From positions 1-29,624 of IMG/VR virus record IMGVR_UViG_3300016484_000774: a stretch of DNA of 29,624 nt; one strand, 5' to 3'. The notes beneath the pieces were generated by a model. The model worked only from the letters and a program-made list of their open reading frames with translations. It searched no databases and was not told the origin of the DNA. The position numbers and the translations under genes were made by a program. Of this stretch, positions 8,563-15,937 are shown one piece after another. Positions within the stretch are counted from its first letter, which is position 1, and each line of letters begins with the position of its first letter. Source of the DNA: a virus. Its lineage: Duplodnaviria; Caudoviricetes.

Positions 8563-10166
8563 GGCAGAGCGCCGCTGACCGCGCCAAGGCCGGCTCGGTG
8601 GCCGAGGCGGAGATCATGCGCTTCGCCCGGCCCGACCCTCGCACCGGCCTGCGGCCGCACGCGCTGTGGCACAAGCACGTGCACAACGTGGTGCTCGACC
8701 CGGTGCAGCTGCTCAAGATGCAGGAGATGGACACCCACCGCAACACGGTGGACTTCTCGTGCCGGCGCACCGGCAAGACCTCGGTGAAGGAGATGTACAA
8801 CCTGGAGCGCCTGGCGACCGAGGGCTACCAGGAGTGCGGCATCGTGGCGCCGCGGATGCAGCAGAGCCAGAACAACCTGGACTACATGCTGGAGGCCATC
8901 CGCCGCAGCCCGATGCTTTCTGCCTTCGTGGCCTACAAGCAGGGCCGCCCGCAGCTGAAGGACACGGGCTTCGAGTTCTCGAACCACTCCAAGGCGAGCG
9001 CCTACGGGATCATGAGTCAGATCGACGGTGACTCCATCACCATCGCCTCGCTCGAAGAGACCGACGACATGCCGCAGGACCGGCTCATGAGCCGCTTCCT
9101 CCCGATGCTGGGCGCGGCGCGGCGGCTGGGCGTGGATGCGGGCACGGCGAAGTTCAAACCGGAGATCCGCATCTGCGGCGTGTTCAAGGGCGCCGGCGTG
9201 CTGCAGCGCCTGCTCGACACCGGGGAGTACCACACGCTCACGACGGTGGACGTGCACCTGGGCCTGCACCTCGGCATCCTGGACCCGAGCTGGGCGCAGA
9301 GCATGCGCGTGCAGCTGCCGGCCGATGAGTACATCCGCCAGTTCCTGTGCCGCAACCTGCAGGCGCGCAACTGGGTCTGGGAAGAGCACATCCGCCGCTC
9401 GCTGGCCGTGGGCCTGGAAGCCGGCCTGCAGCGCGCGGGCCCGCTGCCGGGCGAGCGCTACAAGCGCCGCGGCCTGATCAGCTTCGGCTACGACCACACC
9501 GGCCACGGCGAGAACCCCGCGGCCTCGAAGAGCGCGCTGGTGGTGGCCGAGGTGCTGGGCAACTGGATCACCTTCCCGTTCGTGAAGAGCTGGGCGCCGG
9601 GCGTGAGTGACCAGACCATGCGCCGCGACCTGGTGGCGCTGTGGGACTACTTCCGCCCGGACTACGCCATCGGTGACGCCTACGGCGTGGGCATGCTGAC
9701 GGCCGTCAATGACGACCTGTTCTCCCAGGGCCTGACGCACATCAACCGCGAGCTGGTGGCCGATGGCCAGAGCACGGCCACGGCGTGGAACCAGTGGGCC
9801 TTCGCGCCGATGCGCTTCGAGGGCATGACGAAGCACGTGATGGCCAGCGCGGTGCGCGAGGCCTTCCACCACGGCCGCGCGGCCGCGCCCTACGTGGACA
9901 CCGGCTGGGACGGCGAAGACCCCGACTGGCTGGCCTGGGTGCGGCAGATGGGGAACATGAAGGCCGAGGCCACGCGGGCCAGCTACTCGAGCTTCAAGAT
10001 GGCCGATCACAAGATCGGTGATGACTACTTCGACGCCACCTGCGCCGCGGTGTACGCGCTGCTGACGCGCGGGCTGGAAGACGCGCCCGCGGTGGTGCAG
10101 GCCCGCAAGGTGACACGAGAGGCCCTGCTGGGCGGAGGCGGCGGCGCACTGGCGCTGCCGCACTGA
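8559..10166 (+). CDS. terL: terminase large subunit
   Basis: Walker A SCRRTGKT, Walker B-like IASLEETDD, and RNase H-like nuclease acidic motifs FGYDHTG, IGDAYG and GDDYFDA. True start is ATG 8559. Confidence 0.88.
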   Translation: MRQSAADRAKAGSVAEAEIMRFARPDPRTGLRPHALWHKHVHNVVLDPVQLLKMQEMDTHRNTVDFSCRRTGKTSVKEMYNLERLATEGYQECGIVAPRMQQSQNNLDYMLEAIRRSPMLSAFVAYKQGRPQLKDTGFEFSNHSKASAYGIMSQIDGDSITIASLEETDDMPQDRLMSRFLPMLGAARRLGVDAGTAKFKPEIRICGVFKGAGVLQRLLDTGEYHTLTTVDVHLGLHLGILDPSWAQSMRVQLPADEYIRQFLCRNLQARNWVWEEHIRRSLAVGLEAGLQRAGPLPGERYKRRGLISFGYDHTGHGENPAASKSALVVAEVLGNWITFPFVKSWAPGVSDQTMRRDLVALWDYFRPDYAIGDAYGVGMLTAVNDDLFSQGLTHINRELVADGQSTATAWNQWAFAPMRFEGMTKHVMASAVREAFHHGRAAAPYVDTGWDGEDPDWLAWVRQMGNMKAEATRASYSSFKMADHKIGDDYFDATCAAVYALLTRGLEDAPAVVQARKVTREALLGGGGGALALPH

Positions 10167-11584
10167 TGGAGATGGCGATGAGCTACTGGAAGAGCCTGGC
10201 CGCGGCGAGCGGCAACCTGGCGCGCGTGGCGCTGGCCCCGTTGTTCAGCCGCCCGGCGGGCGAGCTGGGCGCGCGCGTGCCGGCGGACGTGGCGATGCGC
10301 CGCTACTACCGGCAGTTCGCCACCACCACGGAGCTGCGCGAGAAGATCCTGCTGCTGCGCGAGATGGAGACGAAGGACGGCCGGGTGAAGCGCATCCACG
10401 GCCGCATCTGCCGGGACGCGGTGAACCGCGGCCTGGTGATGCAGTTCGGCGAGCAGGCCTCGAGCGAGACGCTGCGCCGCGAGTGGCTGGACTTCGAGCG
10501 CCGGCTGCACCTGAACCGCGAGCAGAAGCTGCGCAGCGACTGCCGCGCGCTGGTGGCCGAGGGCAACCTGCCGCTGCAGCTGGTGTTCGACGACGCCATG
10601 CGGGTGGTGGCGGCGGTGCGCATGCCGGCCGAGACCATCGTGCCGATCGTGGACGACTCGGGCCGCTTCAAGAACCCGGCCACCGCCTACGAGCAGCGCA
10701 ACGTGCTGACCGGCGAGGTGATGGCGACGTGGGCCGCCTACCAGCTACAGCTCGGCCGCTTCGACCCGCTGAGCTATGACGACCTGGGCGAGATGGGCCG
10801 CCCCTTCCTGGACGCCTGCGTGGACACCTGGCGCAAGCTGGTGATGACGGAGGAAGACATGGTGATCCGCCGGCGGCAGCGCGCACCGCTGCGGCTGAGC
10901 CATGTGCTCAAGGGCGCGACGACTGAAGAGCTGGAGACCTACCGGAAGCAGGTGGAGGGCGAGAAGTTCGAGATCTCGACCGACTTCTACTCGAACCGCG
11001 AGGGCTCGGTGAGCGCCGTGCAGGGCGATGCCAAGCTGGGCGAGATCGAAGACGTGGTGCACCTGCTGGACAGCTTCTTCGCCGGCACACCCACGCCCAA
11101 GGGCCTGTTCGGCTACGTCGACGGCCTGGCGCGTGACGTGCTCGAGGACCTGAAGCGCGACTACTACGACGAGGTGGACCACCTGCAGGACACCCAGGCC
11201 GATGAGTACGACGCGGCGTTCCGGATCCACCTGCTCTTCAAGGGCATCGTGGCCGGGCCCGAGGAGTTCACCTTGCGCTTCGCCGAGCGCCGCACCGAGA
11301 CGGCCAACCAGGTGGCCGACCTGGGCCTGAAGCTGCAGGCGCTGGGCCTGCCGCCGCCGCTGGTGTGGGCCGAGATGGGCTACGACCCGCGCGCCATCAA
11401 GGAGGCCGTGGAGGCCTGGCAGGCGGAAAACGACCCGTACCCCCTGCCCGCCCTGCCTGCCGGCCCCGGCGGTACCGGCGCGCCTACCAACCGCGTGGCC
11501 GTGACGCCGGGCAACGCGCCCAAGGGCGAGAGCGCCACCTCGATCAGCGTTGCAGGCACCAACCACGGCCGAGGGCGCGCCTGA
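10166..11584 (+). CDS. portal protein
   Basis: About 470 aa directly after TerL. LVAEGN, MGRPFL and FFAGTPTPKGLFG sit where portal motifs are expected. The start may be ATG 10178 (GGAG 6 nt upstream). Confidence 0.8.
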   Translation: MEMAMSYWKSLAAASGNLARVALAPLFSRPAGELGARVPADVAMRRYYRQFATTTELREKILLLREMETKDGRVKRIHGRICRDAVNRGLVMQFGEQASSETLRREWLDFERRLHLNREQKLRSDCRALVAEGNLPLQLVFDDAMRVVAAVRMPAETIVPIVDDSGRFKNPATAYEQRNVLTGEVMATWAAYQLQLGRFDPLSYDDLGEMGRPFLDACVDTWRKLVMTEEDMVIRRRQRAPLRLSHVLKGATTEELETYRKQVEGEKFEISTDFYSNREGSVSAVQGDAKLGEIEDVVHLLDSFFAGTPTPKGLFGYVDGLARDVLEDLKRDYYDEVDHLQDTQADEYDAAFRIHLLFKGIVAGPEEFTLRFAERRTETANQVADLGLKLQALGLPPPLVWAEMGYDPRAIKEAVEAWQAENDPYPLPALPAGPGGTGAPTNRVAVTPGNAPKGESATSISVAGTNHGRGRA

Positions 11585-12678
11585 TGGCTGACCAGGTGGC
11601 AGCGGCCATCCGCCGCGCCAGCCAGGCCGCGCGCAACCAGATGCGCGCGCTGGACGCCGAGGCGGCGGGCGAGCTGGAGCGCATCTACAGCGCCGCGGCC
11701 GAGCAGGTGCGCGGCGCGATCGCGCGCGCCGCCGGCGCCGGCCAGCGGGTGCAGGTGGCGCAGCTGCGCGAGCTGCTGGCCACGATCGAGGCGGTGCTGT
11801 CTGACCTGACCGTCGAGCGCGAAGCGCTGGTGGAGCAGGCCATGCGCCAGGCGGCCGAGCTGGGCGTGCGCCCGCTGACGACCGCCGGCATCGCCGCCAC
11901 CGGCCGCACCGTGGCGCCCGTGGTGGCCGATGGCGCGGCCCTGCAGGTGGTGGACGCGGCGGTGGCCTTCGTCCGCGCCTTCCGGGCGGAGGATGGCCTG
12001 GTGCTGAGCGACCGGCTGTGGCGCCTGGACCGTGGCGCCCGCGAGGCCGTGGGCCGCGCCGTGGAGCAGGCCGTGGTGCGCGGCTGGAGCGCCGACAAGG
12101 CGGCCGCCGAGCTGATCATGCGCGGCCAGCCCGTGCCGGCCGCCACCGCGGCCGCGCAGGCCGGCGCCGAGGTGGGCCAGGTGCTGCGCGCCGCCGACCT
12201 GCTGAAGGCCCCAGGCGGCCCGCAGGATGCCGCGCTGCGGGTGATGCGCACCGAGATCAACCGGGCCCACGGCGAGGCCTACGCCGCCGGCGCCGAGGGC
12301 GCGCCGGGCTTCGTCGGCTTCCGCTTCCTGCTGAGCCCCCGGCACCCCAAGCCCGACATCTGCGACCTGCTGGCCAGCCAGAACCTGCACGGCCTGGGCC
12401 AGGGCGTCTACCCGACCCGCAAGGCCACGCCGTGGCCGGCGCACCCCAACACGCTGAGCTTCATCGTGGCGGTGTTCGAGGACGAGGTGACGCCCGAAGA
12501 CCGCGCCGGCCAGGAGACGCCCAACGAGGCGCTGGCCCGCATGGCGCCCGAGCTGCGCGCCGGCGTGCTGGGCCCGACCAAGGCCACGTACTTCGACCAG
12601 GGCCTGCTGACGCGCGGAATGCTGCGCAGCCGGGTGCGTGACGTCCAGGCGCGGCTGACGCGGCAGGGGCGGATCTGA
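11584..12678 (+). CDS. head morphogenesis/minor capsid protein (Mu gpF / SPP1 gp7-like)
   Basis: RVMRTEINRAH, DICDLL and PAHPNT motifs; follows the portal via a TGATG overlap. Confidence 0.82.
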   Translation: MADQVAAAIRRASQAARNQMRALDAEAAGELERIYSAAAEQVRGAIARAAGAGQRVQVAQLRELLATIEAVLSDLTVEREALVEQAMRQAAELGVRPLTTAGIAATGRTVAPVVADGAALQVVDAAVAFVRAFRAEDGLVLSDRLWRLDRGAREAVGRAVEQAVVRGWSADKAAAELIMRGQPVPAATAAAQAGAEVGQVLRAADLLKAPGGPQDAALRVMRTEINRAHGEAYAAGAEGAPGFVGFRFLLSPRHPKPDICDLLASQNLHGLGQGVYPTRKATPWPAHPNTLSFIVAVFEDEVTPEDRAGQETPNEALARMAPELRAGVLGPTKATYFDQGLLTRGMLRSRVRDVQARLTRQGRI

Positions 12679-12687
12679 GCGCGGCGC

Positions 12688-12716
12688 TTGACAGGGCGAG
12701 CCATAACGACTACATT
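12688..12716 (+). promoter_or_regulatory. near-consensus sigma70 promoter
   Basis: TTGACA (12688-12693), 17-nt spacer, TACATT (12711-12716); intergenic and upstream of three small genes. Confidence 0.85.
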
Positions 12717-12785
12717 ACTGAACATGGGCAGCAGCAACGCAGCCCACCGACGCCCGGCGGCTCCGGGATCTCCGAGGAGATGCAC

Positions 12786-12977
12786 ATGGTCAGCTTCCAG
12801 TACCCCGAAGGCGCCGAGCAATTCGACGCCGCAGCCTTCCACCAGGACGGCACCCTCATCAAGACGGGCCACCGCGAAGAGTGCGAGCAAGCGGCGATCG
12901 ACGCCCGCGGCCTCTACTGCCTGTGGATCGACGGCCACCCGGTCATCAAGGTCGACTTCGAAAACCTCGACGAGTGA
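12786..12977 (+). CDS. small acidic protein (63 aa), candidate anti-defence protein
   Basis: GAGGAG RBS at 12774-12779; 13 D/E versus 4 K/R; first gene after the sigma70 promoter. Confidence 0.75.
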   Translation: MVSFQYPEGAEQFDAAAFHQDGTLIKTGHREECEQAAIDARGLYCLWIDGHPVIKVDFENLDE

Positions 12978-13225
12978 CCGGCAAGCACAACAACTGGCAC
13001 CGCGCCTGGTCGAGAGACCAGGCCGGCCACCTCGTGCACACCAGCGGCCTGCGCGTGCTGGTGCAGCCGGCGGACGATGGCGCCATTGACCTGGAGGCCG
13101 AGGAAGCCAGCCTCGCCATCTTCCAGGCCAAAGAAGGCTCACGCGGCGTGCCGCTGCACGATCTGGCGGCCCGCCTGCAGCGCCTGCTGCGCGAAGCCGC
13201 TGAGTGGCACCAACGGAACCCGTAG
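12974..13225 (+). CDS. small hypothetical protein (83 aa)
   Basis: GTGA overlap; begins MTGKHNNWHRAW...HTSGLRV. Confidence 0.75.
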   Translation: MTGKHNNWHRAWSRDQAGHLVHTSGLRVLVQPADDGAIDLEAEEASLAIFQAKEGSRGVPLHDLAARLQRLLREAAEWHQRNP

Positions 13226-13227
13226 CC

Positions 13228-13419
13228 ATGGCTCGCACGCAGTCCGCAGAGACCAGCCGCGGCGTGGACCTGATCCGCGCCAGGCTGGCCGCCGGCCAGC
13301 CGCCCGAGCTGCGCGCTACGGCCGCCCAGCTCGGCATCGAGGCCATGACGCTCAGCCGCGCCTGCAAGCGCGCCGGCCTGGTGCTGCCTCGCGGACGCCC
13401 TGCTCGCCAGTCGGCCTGA
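13228..13419 (+). CDS. small basic HTH protein (63 aa), Aca-like position
   Basis: LRATAAQLGIEAMTLSRACKRAG HTH pattern followed by a PRGRP motif; last gene of the operon. Confidence 0.78.
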   Translation: MARTQSAETSRGVDLIRARLAAGQPPELRATAAQLGIEAMTLSRACKRAGLVLPRGRPARQSA

Positions 13420-13442
13420 CGCTGCGCCCGTAGCAGGCCGCC

Positions 13443-13606
13443 CGCGCGCCGCCAGGCGCGCGTCGTCCATCTGCCTGGGGCGCGGTTCCCCGCGCCCCTC
13501 CCACTGCGCAGCAGCGGCGTCCGGGCCCTGCCTGCCCCTCCCCGCACCCCACCGACTGAAAGCGGGCCCGCCTCAGGGCTAACCCTAAAGAGGGGAGGCT
13601 GGCCCG
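13443..13606. repeat. three GC-rich inverted repeats
   Basis: CGCGCGCC-gcca-GGCGCGCG (13443-13462); GGGGCGCGG-ttcc-CCGCGCCCC (13477-13498); CGGGCCCGCCTC...GAGGCTGGCCCG (13563-13606, 11/12 match). Confidence 0.7.
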
Positions 13607-13647
13607 ATAGTTTTTCCCAAAAACCCGGCACAGGCAGCGCCCACAAC

Positions 13648-14011
13648 CCGTGGAACCGTGGATACCCCACGCCTAACTCATTGATTTACTAAGCGGCGCG
13701 GCCTGGAAATACGCAGTGGCTTTCCACGGGTCGGGTTTCTTTTTCCACGGGTCGGGTTTATTTCTCCACATCGGCGGTTTTCCAGCCCGCGCCGTCAATC
13801 ACTACATTTTTCTCTCATTTACCTAGGAGAGAGAGAGGAAAGAGCAGCGAAATCGAGCGAAACCGCCCTCCACGGGTTGAGAAGAATGTAAGCAACAGTA
13901 ACCACGGGTCCGCACTGCGTTCCACGGGTTTTCCGTGGACGACGAATCGCGCTAAGTCGCTGTCAGGGCGAGATATTTCCGGTTTGCGTTGCCATATCCA
14001 CGGATCCACGG
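13648..14011. repeat. putative replication origin: ten CCACGG iteron-like motifs bounded by 17-bp inverted repeats
   Basis: CCACGG/CCGTGG at 13648, 13656, 13724, 13745, 13870, 13902, 13922, 13933, 13998 and 14006. There is a 21-bp tandem unit TTTCCACGGGTCGGGTTT and an AT-rich/polypurine centre. The region is non-coding. Confidence 0.7.
13674..13686 (-). promoter_or_regulatory. IHF-binding consensus
   Basis: The reverse complement AATCAATGAGTTA is an exact match to WATCAANNNNTTR. Confidence 0.65.
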
Positions 14012-14016
14012 AGAAA

Positions 14017-15078
14017 ATGCCCCTACCCCCCTGCGATGGCGCCCTTCCTGACGTGACGACGACCCCCACCGACCAGGCCGACCGCGAGCTGATCGACGGC
14101 TACCTTGCCCACCTCGGCGCCGCCCGTGGGCGCCGGCCGCGCACGCTGGAGGCCTACCGCATGGCCCTCGAGCGGCTGCGCACCTACCTGCAGGGCAAGC
14201 CGCTGCAGCTGGCTGACCAGGCCGAGCTGGAGGGCTTCGCCGGCCTGTGGCTGCACAAGCAAGGCGTGGTGGCCCGCAGCCGCAAGCCCTACATCAGCGC
14301 CACGCGCGGCTTCTTCGCCTGGCTGCAGCGCACCGGCCGTGTGGCCGCCAACCCGGCGCTGCAGCTGCAGCACCCGAAGGCCGGCAGCCCGCTGCCGCGC
14401 GCCATGAGCCTGGCCAGCGCCGAGCGGCTGATGTGGGCGCCCGACCTGAACACGTTCGTGGGCCTGCGTGACGCGGCCATGCTCTCCCTGCTGATGTGCG
14501 GCCTGCGCGTCGGCGGCCTGGTGAGCCTCAACGAGGGCGACCTGCGCAATGAGGAGATCGACGGCAAGCCGCGGCTGGTGATCCGCGTCACCGAAAAAGG
14601 CGACAAGGAGCGCATGCTGCCTCTGCCGCGCGAGGCGGAGATGCTGCTGCGGATCTACCTCGATCACGAGGGCCTCAAGGGCGTGGACCGCACCATCCAG
14701 GATGCGCGTGGCCACGCCGACAAGGTGCTGTTCGTCAACGCGCGCAACACCCACGTGTCAGCCGCGGAGTACTGCGGCGAGGCGACCCGGATGCGCCGCT
14801 CGAGCGTGTGGAAGATGGTCCAGCGCTACGGCGAGCGGGCCCGAATCCCATCGTCCGAGCTGCACCCGCACGCCATGCGGCATCTGTTCGGCGTCGAGTT
14901 CGCCGAGGACGGCGTGGACACCATCACCCGCCAGAAGCTCATGGGTCACAGCGACCCGAAGTCGACCGAGATCTACAGCGCGATGAGCATGCGCCGCCTG
15001 GCCAAGGTGGTGGATGCCTCGGCACCGCTGGGCAAGATCAAGAGCCCGGTCTCCGAAGTCCTGCGCCGGCTGGGCTGA
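14017..15078 (+). CDS. tyrosine recombinase (XerC/D-like, no N-terminal arm-binding domain)
   Basis: Full catalytic set: CGLRV (R), TEKGDKER (K), HPHAMRH (HxxR), LMGHS (H), TEIY (Y). The start is ATG 14017 or GTG 14053. Confidence 0.93.
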   Translation: MPLPPCDGALPDVTTTPTDQADRELIDGYLAHLGAARGRRPRTLEAYRMALERLRTYLQGKPLQLADQAELEGFAGLWLHKQGVVARSRKPYISATRGFFAWLQRTGRVAANPALQLQHPKAGSPLPRAMSLASAERLMWAPDLNTFVGLRDAAMLSLLMCGLRVGGLVSLNEGDLRNEEIDGKPRLVIRVTEKGDKERMLPLPREAEMLLRIYLDHEGLKGVDRTIQDARGHADKVLFVNARNTHVSAAEYCGEATRMRRSSVWKMVQRYGERARIPSSELHPHAMRHLFGVEFAEDGVDTITRQKLMGHSDPKSTEIYSAMSMRRLAKVVDASAPLGKIKSPVSEVLRRLG

Positions 15079-15329
15079 TCCAGCGCGCTACGCCCCATGG
15101 CCACGCCCGCCCGTCCAGTATGCGCACACAACTCCTAGAGTGACACCATGCGAGACCGAGACACAGCTAGGAAACATCGGCAGCGTGGGGCGTTCCCGCG
15201 TGCCTTCCAAACCCTGTTACAACCCGGGCTAAATCGGATGGGTGACACAACCGCCCCTCCCCTGGCCACTGCGTGGAATGGTGAAGTGCGCAGTGCGGCG
15301 GGCCGGTGCTCCTGGGATGGAGGTGGCCT

Positions 15330-15905
15330 GTGAAGCGGGAAGTGCGCAGTGATGTGATCGACGACCGGACCCTGGACCTGTTCCCCGACGATCCCCGGCC
15401 CGTGGCACCGCCGCCGCCGGCCCCTGGCAAGGGGGTGGGGGCTCGGCAGGCGGCAGGCCGGCCTGGCCGGGGGGGAGGTGGGTACCTGAACGGACGCACC
15501 AGTCCAGAAGTTCAGGACGACCCTCGCCTGCGCGAGTTCGCCGAAATCGGCCTGTCGGCCACGTGGCTCCAGGTCGCCTCGCTGCTCGGCTACGACCAGT
15601 TCGTTGCGATGTGGCGCCTGCTCTCGCAGGACGAGTCGCTGCGCTCGATCCACAACCAGATCGTGGTGAAGCTCCGCCCCTTCGAGCGCTACGAGCGCTA
15701 CCAGCGCAATCGCTACATCGAAACCCTCGTCCTCTCGGGCTTCTCGTATCGCGAGGTGGACATGATCCTTCGCAAGAAGCTCGGCGAGCGCCTGAGCGAG
15801 CGCCAGGGCCGCCGCCTGGTCGCTCGCGCGAAGGCCAAGGTCCGGGCTGGCATCGCCGGCGAGCCCGCGCTCATGGATGACGACGAGCCCGCGCCTCACC
15901 GATAA
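15330..15905 (+). CDS. Mor/C-like transcription activator (probable late-gene activator)
   Basis: GGAGGT RBS precedes GTG 15330. The helical pair WLQVASLLGYDQFVAMWRLL is followed by QRNRYI...GFSYREV...LSERQGRRLV, resembling Mu Mor dimerisation plus HTH architecture. Confidence 0.65.
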   Translation: MKREVRSDVIDDRTLDLFPDDPRPVAPPPPAPGKGVGARQAAGRPGRGGGGYLNGRTSPEVQDDPRLREFAEIGLSATWLQVASLLGYDQFVAMWRLLSQDESLRSIHNQIVVKLRPFERYERYQRNRYIETLVLSGFSYREVDMILRKKLGERLSERQGRRLVARAKAKVRAGIAGEPALMDDDEPAPHR

Positions 15906-15937
15906 CCCCTCCCCGCCCCCGACAGAATGACGACGCG

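Noticed and set aside
13721-13781. 21-bp tandem repeats as a mini-CRISPR
   Set aside because: The repeats are adjacent with no unique spacers, and there are no cas genes; iterons explain them better.
13648-14011. MITE/IS interpretation of the 17-bp terminal inverted repeats
   Set aside because: The repeats are built from the same CCACGG motif found internally, and no target duplication or transposase is evident.
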